A stretch of DNA of 64,000 nt. Source: Candidatus Udaeobacter sp. (GTDB taxonomy: Bacteria; Verrucomicrobiota; Verrucomicrobiia; Chthoniobacterales; UBA10450). Position numbers and translations under genes: made by a program. Each line of letters begins with the position of its first letter. Within the stretch, counting starts at the first letter, position 1. Positions 27,440-36,038 of the stretch are shown one piece after another. Location of the stretch: contig DATHHK010000059.1 of the NCBI GenBank assembly GCA_035317225.1, positions 4,050 through 68,049 on the forward strand. The letters run 5' to 3'. The notes under the pieces were generated by a model, which worked only from the letters and a program-made list of their open reading frames with translations, ran no database searches and was not told the origin of the DNA.

Positions 27440-29617
27440 CTACTTCACGACAACGACGTCCAGCACTCCGTCCCGGCGTAGGACATTGACGCCTACATCT
27501 CCTTCGTCGTGTCTCGTCAGCAAAAGATCCACGCGCGCGTCTCCTATTTTCAATCCGCGGATTGTCACCTGCTGGAGGAAACGCGGTAAGATCGGCTTTG
27601 AGAACGTCACCCTTCGTTCCGGAGCCGACACGTTCAGGCCCAGGCAAGCTTCGAGCAGAAGAAACACAGCGCCCGATGCCCAGGATTGAGGAGCACACGC
27701 TACAGGATAAAGCGTTGGCGCCTCGCCAGCACGTCTCGGAAAACCGCAAAACAGTTCGGGGAGACGATGCAGATCGAGAAACAGACTCGCATCGAGCAAG
27801 CCGGCGAGGACGGTCGCTGTCGATTCTCTAAGGTCATAGCGTGCGAATCCGGCGGCGATTAGCGAGTTGTCGTGTGGCCAGACGGATCCGTTGTGATACG
27901 ACATCGGATTGTAACGCGCCTCGCTCGTAGCCACCGTCCGAATTCCCCAACCGGACAGGGAAGCTTCATCCGTGAGGGTCGCCGCCACGCGACGCGCATG
28001 CTCCGGGGTCGCAATACCAGCGAAAAGACAATGACCTGCGTTGGACGTTCGAACTTTACAAGGCTGCTTTCTGCCATCGAGCGCAAGTGCGTATGTGGAA
28101 AGTTCGTCACACCAGAAACTTTCTTCGAATCGTCGGAACAGGGTTTTCGCTTGTTTCGACAAGTCGCGCGCCTTTGCATCATCACCGAAGAGCTTAGCCA
28201 ATTTGGCCGCCGTCAGCTTGGCGGCGTAAACGTAGCCTTGAACTTCGCACAAAGCGATTGGTCCTTCGGCAGACGTGCCGTCCGCGTGGAAAATCGCATC
28301 GTGGGAGTCCTTCCAACCTTGGTGGATGAGACCGAGTTTCGATTTGCGAGTATATTCCACGAAACCGTCGCCATCGACGTCGCCACAATGATCGATCCAT
28401 GCAAGCGCGCGCTCGACATTCGGCCAAATAGACTCAACGAACGCGCGATCACCCGTGCGCGTGTAGTACGCACCGGCGAGCATGACGAAAAGCGGTGTTG
28501 CGTCGATGCTGCCGTAGTAACGCTTGAACGGAATCTCGCCCAGGATGGCCATCTCACCCGCGCGCGTCTCGTGGAGGATCTTGCCCGGCTGAGCATCCTG
28601 TTCCGCGTTCTCCGCGTCCGCTTGCGTGGCAGCCAGGTACGCGAGCACGCCGCGCGCGAGACTGGGATCAAACCACATGCACTGAAGCGCTGTAATAATT
28701 CCGTCCCGTCCGAATTCCGTGCTGAACCAGGGAACGCCTGCGTAGGGATACGGCCCATATGAGGTTTCGGTTCGCATCATATGGAGATCAGCAATAGACC
28801 GATTCAGCCAATCATTGAATTGTTCATTTGAGGCAAAAATCTGAGGCTCTTGTGCATGCGTCGCTTCCAGCGCGCTGGCCGCCTCTTGGACAACCTTTTC
28901 GTAATAAGGCTTGACCTCTCCGTGGGAAGCGGCGCCGGCTTCGCAGACAATCGCCCAGCGGAAGCTCGCCGCCTTGCCGGGTGCCAACCGAATTTGGTAC
29001 GTGGCCGCTGACTCACTTAGCCGCGTGGGCGTCGGATCGAAGACGATTCGCGTCCGACGGATACAGTCGTCCAATCCATTATACGCGAGCACCAGCCCAT
29101 CCTGTACAAGCTGCGTCGGTATCCGGTGGCCGCGACGTTCCCGCCTAACACCTCGCACTTCGAAGATATCAGCGAAATCAGCATCGAATTCGACCGAAAA
29201 TGAAAATTCAATAGGTGTGCGACCGTAGTTATGGATTCGAAGTCGCTCGTAACATGCTTTCTCCCAGAGAATCTTTGAACGGAAGACATGTAGTGTTCCT
29301 TGAGGTATTACTATCTCACCATTGCGCCACACATCGGCGTTGGTGGAATCCACCGCCAGAACGGCGTTGTCCTCTCTGATGGTAGAGCTCAGCAAAAGAG
29401 GGCGATCCTTTCCCAGCTTTAGGGTCAATCGGGATAAGAATCGAGTATCTTGGTAGTATACCCCAAGCTCACCAGTGCCGAATGGCTCGATGTCGCCGAA
29501 TCGGTCGAACACAGCGAACGCATCTGCTTGCTTCAGAACCCGGGTGCGGACGTCGATGCGATGGGACGACGAGCGAATGTAAAACTCGTCCCGGATGCGA
29601 ATGATTTCCTTAGCCAT
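27440..29617 (-). CDS. amylo-alpha-1,6-glucosidase / glycogen-debranching-enzyme-like protein (bacterial GDE N-domain plus (alpha/alpha)6 GDE_C-type domain)
   Basis: 725 aa. The architecture and motifs (..GVPWFSTEFGRDG.., ..HQGWKDSHD.., ..YHNGSVWPHDN..) are typical of this family. Its ATG overlaps the GT4 stop (TAATG). Confidence 0.8.
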   Translation of the reverse strand: MAKEIIRIRDEFYIRSSSHRIDVRTRVLKQADAFAVFDRFGDIEPFGTGELGVYYQDTRFLSRLTLKLGKDRPLLLSSTIREDNAVLAVDSTNADVWRNGEIVIPQGTLHVFRSKILWEKACYERLRIHNYGRTPIEFSFSVEFDADFADIFEVRGVRRERRGHRIPTQLVQDGLVLAYNGLDDCIRRTRIVFDPTPTRLSESAATYQIRLAPGKAASFRWAIVCEAGAASHGEVKPYYEKVVQEAASALEATHAQEPQIFASNEQFNDWLNRSIADLHMMRTETSYGPYPYAGVPWFSTEFGRDGIITALQCMWFDPSLARGVLAYLAATQADAENAEQDAQPGKILHETRAGEMAILGEIPFKRYYGSIDATPLFVMLAGAYYTRTGDRAFVESIWPNVERALAWIDHCGDVDGDGFVEYTRKSKLGLIHQGWKDSHDAIFHADGTSAEGPIALCEVQGYVYAAKLTAAKLAKLFGDDAKARDLSKQAKTLFRRFEESFWCDELSTYALALDGRKQPCKVRTSNAGHCLFAGIATPEHARRVAATLTDEASLSGWGIRTVATSEARYNPMSYHNGSVWPHDNSLIAAGFARYDLRESTATVLAGLLDASLFLDLHRLPELFCGFPRRAGEAPTLYPVACAPQSWASGAVFLLLEACLGLNVSAPERRVTFSKPILPRFLQQVTIRGLKIGDARVDLLLTRHDEGDVGVNVLRRDGVLDVVVVK

Positions 29618-30672
29618 TATGCGCGCGCCTCCAACGGCTCATCTCGCTTGCGATTAATTAATCGCTCGTAGGCCCGCACGTAGTCATTGGCCATTCGAGT
29701 GACAGTAAAACGCTCCTCGAAGACTTCCCGACAACGCTTCCGGCTGAGCTTTGGAATCCGGCGCGCTGCTTCCACCGCACCTTCCAGCTCTTCCACGATG
29801 AAACCGGTATGACCTTCTTCCATTATCTCGGGGACTGCTCCTCCGGAGTACGCAATCACCGGCGTGCCGCAGGCCATCGCTTCAATCATCACCAGCCCAA
29901 ATGGCTCCGGCCAGTCGATAGGCAATAGCAGAGCATAAGCGTTTCCCAGGAACTCATCCTTCTCCCTGTCGCTGATCTCGCCGACAACCTCGACCAGCGA
30001 GTGACAGAGTAATGGCTCGATCGCGCTTTTGAAATACTTCTTGTCGACGCGATCTACTTTGGCAGCAATTTTAAGCGGAATCTGGACCCGCTTAGCAATT
30101 TCGATTGCTCGGTCCACTCGTTTTTCAGGAGAAATCCGCCCCAGAAAGGCAAGGTAACTTCCCGGCTGCGCTCGGAACTGATACAGGTCAGCCGGCAATC
30201 CGTGATAGACGGTGGCCTGCCAGTTTGCCCAGGGTAAAGGCTCTCTCTGTACATTGGAGATCGAAATAACCGGCATATCTCGAAACTCCTGGTAGAGAGG
30301 AAAAAGGTCCGGGACATCGAGGCGCCCGTGCAACGTTGTCACATGTGTGATCTGCTGACGGCGACTCATGGAAAAGTGCAGATAGTCAACGTGAAAATGG
30401 ACGATATCGAATTCTGGGGCCTGTTGGAATACACGTTCAAGCATCACAATGTGATGCGCCAGTTGATCTATACAGTGCTTGTCGAGACGCAATGAACGCC
30501 GGGATGCCGCAACGAGCCGCGCGTTGGTTTCCGAATCTCCGCTTGCAAAGAGGGTCACCTCGTGACCCTGGCGAACCAGTTCCTCGGTAAGGTACGACAC
30601 CACCCGTTCGGTTCCTCCGTAATATTTCGGCGGAACGCTTTCGTAAAGTGGCGCGACCTGAGCGATTCGCAT
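29617..30672 (-). CDS. family 4 glycosyltransferase
   Basis: MRIAQVAPLYESVPPKYYGGTERVVSYLTEELVRQGHEVTLFASGDS and the C-terminal EPFGLVMIEAMACGTPVIA (E-x7-E region). Confidence 0.85.
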   Translation of the reverse strand: MRIAQVAPLYESVPPKYYGGTERVVSYLTEELVRQGHEVTLFASGDSETNARLVAASRRSLRLDKHCIDQLAHHIVMLERVFQQAPEFDIVHFHVDYLHFSMSRRQQITHVTTLHGRLDVPDLFPLYQEFRDMPVISISNVQREPLPWANWQATVYHGLPADLYQFRAQPGSYLAFLGRISPEKRVDRAIEIAKRVQIPLKIAAKVDRVDKKYFKSAIEPLLCHSLVEVVGEISDREKDEFLGNAYALLLPIDWPEPFGLVMIEAMACGTPVIAYSGGAVPEIMEEGHTGFIVEELEGAVEAARRIPKLSRKRCREVFEERFTVTRMANDYVRAYERLINRKRDEPLEARA

Positions 30673-30757
30673 AAAAATCCCAAACCCTCCCTGAAAAGAA
30701 CGTATCGAAAATTCCCGGCCCGGCCTTGTCAGGTCAAGGCTGCCCGCCCACTATCCC

Positions 30758-31753
30758 TTAACTCTCCCGGACAACCTCGCCCGGCTTCTTATCTTCACGC
30801 AACCCGAGGAAGACCGGCGCACGCAGTTTTTTATCTCGCGTCCATTCGGCGAATTTAATCTCACAAACGAAAACCGGATTTACCCAATGCATTTTCCGCA
30901 TCATCGAGGGGGTGATGTCCTGCACCCATTGCCCATTTTGCTTTGATGGTAAATCGACAAACGGGCAATCGTCGCGTGCTTCCTTTTGGAATTTCTTGTA
31001 GAGCATCGATAACGATTTTGCAGTGAACCCCGTGCCCACTTTCCCGGCAAACACGAGCTTTTTGTTCTCATAGTAACCAACCAAGATCGCGCCGAAATAT
31101 TTGCGTGACCCTTGTGGCGGAGTGTATCCGCCGATGACGAATTCCTGTTCGCTGACGCATTTAAGCTTGATCCACGCACCGCCTCTGTGTCCAGGTTCGT
31201 AAACAGAGTTGCGCTGTTTTCCTATAATTCCCTCAAGGCCGCGCCGCTTCACCTCGTCGAGCAATCGTTTGGCGTCGCCGCCAATCGCCCCCGAATACCG
31301 AATGGGATCGCCCGCGCCGCCGCAGAGCCTTTCTAGAACGTTTTTGCGCGCCTCCAATGGCAGTGAAAGCAGGCTTTTGCCGTCGAACTGGAGTAGATCG
31401 AATGCATAAAAATAGACAGGACTCTTTCGCCCTTCCATCTCGCGCGCTTGCAACAGTTGAAAAGAAGACCTGCCCTCCTCGTCGAGGGCAACCACCTCGC
31501 CATCGATTACGCATTCGCGAGCTGGCAAAGTTTTTATCGCTTCTACGATCTCCGGGAATCGCCTGGTCAATTCGTTTTCATTTCGCGATAGCAGCGAAAC
31601 TTTGTCGTGCTTTTTGACTCCGATCAGGCGGATGCCGTCAAACTTAAGCTCATAAATCCAATCGCCCGCCGCTGGTGGTTCCTCAACCAACTTCGCTTTC
31701 ATCGGTTCGATGAAGCGAGGTTTTGCCGAGCGCAAATCTGGCAGTGACGTCAT
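30758..31753 (-). CDS. ATP-dependent DNA ligase (LigD ligase domain)
   Basis: Nucleotidyltransferase motifs ELKFDGIR (motif I Lys), DGEVVAL, FYAFDLL, EGIIGK and WIKLK, followed by an OB domain. Stand-alone start at ATG 31753. The reading frame stays open upstream to 31921 through an A10 tract (see findings). Confidence 0.85.
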   Translation of the reverse strand: MTSLPDLRSAKPRFIEPMKAKLVEEPPAAGDWIYELKFDGIRLIGVKKHDKVSLLSRNENELTRRFPEIVEAIKTLPARECVIDGEVVALDEEGRSSFQLLQAREMEGRKSPVYFYAFDLLQFDGKSLLSLPLEARKNVLERLCGGAGDPIRYSGAIGGDAKRLLDEVKRRGLEGIIGKQRNSVYEPGHRGGAWIKLKCVSEQEFVIGGYTPPQGSRKYFGAILVGYYENKKLVFAGKVGTGFTAKSLSMLYKKFQKEARDDCPFVDLPSKQNGQWVQDITPSMMRKMHWVNPVFVCEIKFAEWTRDKKLRAPVFLGLREDKKPGEVVRES

Positions 31754-31823
31754 TGTCGGACGGCCCGCCTGAGGTGGGTTACTCCGCTTCGCGACCGGCA
31801 GGCGAGGCGCTTGCCCTACGACC

Positions 31824-32486
31824 TCATCCTTTTCTTTTTTTTTTAAATGCGGCACGAACCCGTGCTTTGAATTGCGATGTGGGACTCTCGTCTGCTTCGC
31901 GACCGGACTCCCACTCGGCATCGCGATCTTTTGCGATTTGCTGCATGGTGCGTCCAGTTTTCACCGAACGATCTTCCAATTTTTTCGGTATCGGCTTCGC
32001 GTCATCTCCTGTTTTCAGGATCAACCACTGATTCTTGGCATCATCACGACCCCGAATCCGGACCAGCGTCCACTCGCCTTTTGCTTTTTCGCCGTCGAGA
32101 ACAAGATGAAGCTTGCCTTCGCGCAACGATTTCACCGGCTGCTCCCCGAAAACGTGATAATTGCCACGGTCCCACGCCATCACTGTACCGCCACCGTATT
32201 GCCCCTCGGGAATGATGCCTTCGAACTGCTCGTATTCGATTGGATGATCTTCCACTTCTACGGCCAGGTGTTTCTCACCTCGCTTCCAGGGGAGTCCTTT
32301 CGGTAATGCCCACGATTTCAGCACACCCTCCATTTCCAGACGAAAGTCATAGTGCAAACGGCGCGCTGCGTGTTTTTGAATAACAAAACGCGACGCACCT
32401 TTGATCTTTCGCGGTAATGGTTTGCCCCCGGCAGGCTCAGCTGTTTTCTCGAAGTCGCGTTTCCGCTTGTATTCGGTCAGTCCCAT
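31824..32486 (-). CDS. LigD 3'-phosphoesterase (PE) domain protein
   Basis: MGLTEYKRKRDFEKTAEPAGG..FVIQKHAARRLHYDFRLE..LKSWALPKG..EVEDHP..GGGTVMAWD is a classic LigD PE domain. ATG 32486 is preferred over the ORF-track start at 32585. Confidence 0.8.
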   Translation of the reverse strand: MGLTEYKRKRDFEKTAEPAGGKPLPRKIKGASRFVIQKHAARRLHYDFRLEMEGVLKSWALPKGLPWKRGEKHLAVEVEDHPIEYEQFEGIIPEGQYGGGTVMAWDRGNYHVFGEQPVKSLREGKLHLVLDGEKAKGEWTLVRIRGRDDAKNQWLILKTGDDAKPIPKKLEDRSVKTGRTMQQIAKDRDAEWESGREADESPTSQFKARVRAAFKKKRKG

Positions 32487-32596
32487 TCCGCTGTAACTTA
32501 ACTGCGGATCGGCGACCTGCACGCGACGTTGTAGAGCCGACCGCGAGCGCCCATTTTGATGTGCGGTGTTCGCTGCAGCGAACACCGTTACAATAT

Positions 32597-33214
32597 CTAC
32601 GCTTCGTTTGGCAGCGGCTCGCCGACGAGATAGCGAACGAAACGACGGATGATGATGTTTTCACCCAGTTCCGCAATTTTGCCGTTGAGCAAGTCCCTGA
32701 TCGTCATATCGGGATTTTTAATAAAGCCTTGTTCAAGCAAGCAAACGGTGCTGTAGAATTTCTCGAGTTTTCCTTCGACAATTTTGTCGGCAACATTTTC
32801 AGGTTTGCCTTTGACCTGGGCCTTGTAAATTTCGCGCTCCGCTTCGATCAGATTGCCTGGCACATCGGAGCGGCTGACATAGAGCGGGTGTGCTGCTGCA
32901 ATATGAAGGGTGATGTCCTTCACGAACTCGCGAAAATTCTCGTTCCTGGCCACGAAATCGGTCTCACAATTCACCTCCACGAGCACGCCAACCTTCCCTT
33001 GCAGGTGAATATAGGAAGCGACGACGCCTTCTTTCGTTGCGCGCGAAGCTTTCTTTCCAGCGTTGGCAATTCCTTTGGTTCGCAAAATCGTCTCCGCTTT
33101 GTCGAGATCACCGCCGCTCTCCACGAGAGCGCGCTTGCAATCCATAAAACCTGCGTTGGTTTTTTCGCGGAGCTGCTTAACTAGTTGAGGATCAATTTCG
33201 GCTGTTGTTTTCAT
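32597..33214 (-). CDS. tsf: elongation factor Ts (short form)
   Basis: LVKQLREKTNAGFMDCKRALVESGGDLDKA (UBA-like N-terminus) and ..VLVEVNCETDFVARN.. It lies downstream of rpsB. Confidence 0.9.
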   Translation of the reverse strand: MKTTAEIDPQLVKQLREKTNAGFMDCKRALVESGGDLDKAETILRTKGIANAGKKASRATKEGVVASYIHLQGKVGVLVEVNCETDFVARNENFREFVKDITLHIAAAHPLYVSRSDVPGNLIEAEREIYKAQVKGKPENVADKIVEGKLEKFYSTVCLLEQGFIKNPDMTIRDLLNGKIAELGENIIIRRFVRYLVGEPLPNEA

Positions 33215-33286
33215 TAAAGTGATTAGAGCGTTGAAAATGGAACCAGGGTCGATTAACTATCAACCATCGGCTATCAGCTGAGCTGG

Positions 33287-34018
33287 CTACGCTGAAACGC
33301 CAGCCATTTCGACTTGCTCGCGGATACGCGTTTCGTTGCTTGCCGAGACAATAGCATCCACGAGCTTCTGCAGAATCACGCGTATCGCGCGAATCGCGTC
33401 ATCGTTGCCAGCGATTGGGTAATCGATGATGTCTGGATCCGCGTTCGTGTCCACGATGGCAACCACTGGAATCCCGAGCCGCCGGGCTTCGTTCACGGCA
33501 TTTTGTTCGCGGATCGTATCGATTATCACAAGAGCGTCGGGCAATTGCGACATCTCGAGTATTCCGTCGAGGTTGCGCCGTAGCTTTGCGGCTTCGCGAT
33601 TAAGCGCCGCCAGTTCCTGCTTGCCCATCTTCTTGTATTCGGGCGATTTCTCGATCTCCTCGATATATTTCAGCCGTCCAATGCTCTTTCGGATTGTCGC
33701 GAGGTTAGTCAGCGTGCCGCCGAGCCACCTCTGATTCACGTAAAACTGGCCGCAAGCTACCGCAGCCTCTTTTGTTGCTTCTTGCGCCTGCTTCTTGCAA
33801 CCGACTAATAAGATTCTGCCTCCCCGACGTGTGACGTCCTGGAGAAATTCCGTCGCCCGCCGAAGCTGCAGAACCGTTTCATCCAAGTTGATGATGTAAA
33901 TCTGATTGCGCTGCTCGAAGATGAAAGGCTTCATCTTCGGATTCCAGCGCTTCGTCTGATGTCCAAAATGGACACCAGCTTCCAAAAGTTCAGGCACTAA
34001 TTCTGTTGTATCTGCCAT
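33287..34018 (-). CDS. rpsB: 30S ribosomal protein S2
   Basis: ..LLEAGVHFGHQTKRWNPKMKPFIF..IYIINLDET.. is canonical uS2. Confidence 0.95.
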   Translation of the reverse strand: MADTTELVPELLEAGVHFGHQTKRWNPKMKPFIFEQRNQIYIINLDETVLQLRRATEFLQDVTRRGGRILLVGCKKQAQEATKEAAVACGQFYVNQRWLGGTLTNLATIRKSIGRLKYIEEIEKSPEYKKMGKQELAALNREAAKLRRNLDGILEMSQLPDALVIIDTIREQNAVNEARRLGIPVVAIVDTNADPDIIDYPIAGNDDAIRAIRVILQKLVDAIVSASNETRIREQVEMAGVSA

Positions 34019-34118
34019 AGGAGAAAATCCGCGAGAGGGGAACTCCAGAGCGGGACGGTGAAGATGCTACAGCACGGGTCGATGTGCAACCTGAAATTCC
34101 GTCCTGCCATTACTCTAG

Positions 34119-34652
34119 TTAAACGTTGCGTTGGGACTCGTAATAATGGGACTTAGGATGTCCATCTTCGACGCCTTGAGGCGCAAGGCGCGATCGGATT
34201 CGAAATTGGCCCGAAGGACGTGTCCTCCTTCCCAGAAAGATGTGGATCAACAACAAGATCGGCAAAGCCAGGCCAACGACGAGGTGAATCCAACTCGTCC
34301 AGTCACGCAGCATTTGGCCGCCCGCGTAATAAAGACCGTAGCCGGTGACGGTTAAAACGGCGAACACACTCAGAAAAACCGATCCGTTTGCTCGATTGCG
34401 GCGCGCCCGCCATGCGAATTTCACGTGCCCACTTAGGAGCATCCCCATGAGCACTAAAACTGCCATCGCCGCAGCGCCATGAATTTTCATCGCCCAAGCT
34501 TTTGCGGTTGTCTCAAAATCACCAGGCGACGCAGCGAGATAGGTCCAATATGTCCACGCCACCCCGCTCAAGAAAAGCAGCGCCAACACGGCGTAGAGAA
34601 AATATCTCTGCAAGCGCTTCAATCGAATCGAGTCCGGTCGCGGGTATTGCAT
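34119..34652 (-). CDS. 4-TM His-rich membrane protein (cytochrome-b-like / DUF4405-like candidate)
   Basis: Four hydrophobic helices. Paired histidines occur in TM2 (KIHG..18 residues on..SGHV) and TM4 (WIHL..14 residues on..LIHI). The start is ambiguous: ATG 34652, ATG 34670, or TTG 34622 forming a TTGA overlap with the apbE stop. Confidence 0.55.
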   Translation of the reverse strand: MQYPRPDSIRLKRLQRYFLYAVLALLFLSGVAWTYWTYLAASPGDFETTAKAWAMKIHGAAAMAVLVLMGMLLSGHVKFAWRARRNRANGSVFLSVFAVLTVTGYGLYYAGGQMLRDWTSWIHLVVGLALPILLLIHIFLGRRTRPSGQFRIRSRLAPQGVEDGHPKSHYYESQRNV

Positions 34653-35530
34653 GGTGAATGAAACATCCATGATGGCGCGCCATCGCGCTCAAGCAACAAC
34701 GCATCCGCGCGATATCGCACCAGCAAGCCCGCAGCCTCCTCGCGCAGTGCAAAGACGACCTTCGTCAATGCATCCGCGACCATGCATTCGGCAGCCGCCA
34801 CGCTCGCGCTGATTAGCTGGCGCGCGGTTTGCCGGGTGCGCCCATCAAGCAATGGACTCACATACTGCGCATGATGCTTTCGGCGTTCGAAGTAAATCCC
34901 CGAAGTCGCCATGGCGCGCTCGCGCAGTCGCACCGCTCCGGCAATGCGTGTTGGCTCGGCAGGATGGCGCAAATGAATGAATTGCGAAGCCGGCCCAAAT
35001 GTTCGCAGATCACCTCCGGCATTTACAATTCCGGCCCCGACGCCATTATCTTTCAAAGCCTCAACGGCACGATCGACGGCAAAGCCTTTGGCGATTCCTC
35101 CAAGATCGACAATCAAGTCGCGGCAAAAAAAGACCTCGTAATTACGGCGAAGAAAAATGTCACCCGAAGTCGCGGTTGGACTGAACTGATAACAACGATG
35201 AGGAAGATAGTTCCACTTGGTAAGCAAGGGAGCGACCGTAATATCGAATGTGCCGTGGCTCTCTTCGGCAAACCGCTTTGCCGCCCTCATGACCTGCCAG
35301 GTCCACGGATCCACGGACACGCCTTTGGGAAAAGCGTCGCGATTCATACGCGAGACGTCACTCAGAGGGTCGTGAAAGCTCATTAAGCGACTCACTCGCA
35401 CAATCGCATCGAATCCAGCTTCGATTCCACGGGCGAGTAATCTTTCGTTACATCCACGCACCGCGATTTCCACAAATGTGCCCAGCAATGGGCGGCAGCG
35501 GCGAATTTCAATGGTTGAGCGCGATCTCAT
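34619..35530 (-). CDS. apbE: FAD:protein FMN transferase
   Basis: 303 aa with overall ApbE similarity (..LLGTFVEIAV.., ..FDITVAPL.., ..VDLGGIAKGFAVD.., ..AMATSGIY..). I see no signal peptide or lipobox in the called N-terminus. Confidence 0.85.
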   Translation of the reverse strand: MRSRSTIEIRRCRPLLGTFVEIAVRGCNERLLARGIEAGFDAIVRVSRLMSFHDPLSDVSRMNRDAFPKGVSVDPWTWQVMRAAKRFAEESHGTFDITVAPLLTKWNYLPHRCYQFSPTATSGDIFLRRNYEVFFCRDLIVDLGGIAKGFAVDRAVEALKDNGVGAGIVNAGGDLRTFGPASQFIHLRHPAEPTRIAGAVRLRERAMATSGIYFERRKHHAQYVSPLLDGRTRQTARQLISASVAAAECMVADALTKVVFALREEAAGLLVRYRADALLLERDGAPSWMFHSPCNTRDRTRFD

Positions 35531-36032
35531 AAAATGCCAAAAGGCGTTTCACGCCGTCGGTGATGTGCCGGCAACTTAGAGTTGCTCCGCTGATGTTTTT
35601 GATGTCGCTATCAAGTTTGAGCGTCGATTTGCTGGTCTTACCGACAAATTGGGCACGCCACTTTTGATCTCGAATCTGGCCACCATACGTCTCGCGATAG
35701 TCCATGATTTCAATCTGCTTGACCGATCCATCAGCCGCGAGTCCGGCTGCATAAGTGATGAATTCGTGTTTACCGACAACTTCATCGACGATGAACCAAC
35801 CACCACCACTTACCCGCCAGACCTGTTGCTCATCATGCAAGACGCGGACGCCGCTAGCCCGCTCAATGGCTTTACGTTGATTGCTCGCCAGCTTCACGGG
35901 CGCAGCCGTGAATGATTTGCCAGGAAAAATCGCGCGCTGCGCTTGCTCGACGGTTAGGTATTGAATCGCGAATGCGGATGGGGCGATTAAAGCCGAGGCC
36001 GGCAGCGCGATGAAAACGAATTCCGACTTCAT
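35508..36032 (-). CDS. secreted FMN-binding domain protein (ApbE substrate candidate)
   Basis: Signal peptide MKSEFVFIALPASALIAPSAFA. The C-terminal ..DIKNISGATLSC.. matches the [ST]GA[TS] flavinylation motif of FMN_bind domains (as in NqrC/RnfG). Confidence 0.75.
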   Translation of the reverse strand: MKSEFVFIALPASALIAPSAFAIQYLTVEQAQRAIFPGKSFTAAPVKLASNQRKAIERASGVRVLHDEQQVWRVSGGGWFIVDEVVGKHEFITYAAGLAADGSVKQIEIMDYRETYGGQIRDQKWRAQFVGKTSKSTLKLDSDIKNISGATLSCRHITDGVKRLLAFYEIALNH

Positions 36033-36038
36033 CGCACT

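Noticed and set aside
27387-27749. 5' two-thirds of the 226-aa ORF 27069-27749 (-)
   Set aside because: Only the last roughly 105 codons resemble PurS. The upstream part is Arg/Cys-rich and overlaps the C-terminus of the GDE-like gene in another frame.
27872-28762. 296-aa plus-strand ORF, along with 27027-27689 (+)
   Set aside because: They are antisense to the well-supported GDE-like and purS genes and contain no motifs.
32417-33184. 255-aa plus-strand ORF
   Set aside because: It is antisense to tsf and to the PE-domain gene start. It is a typical long shadow ORF in a GC-moderate gene.
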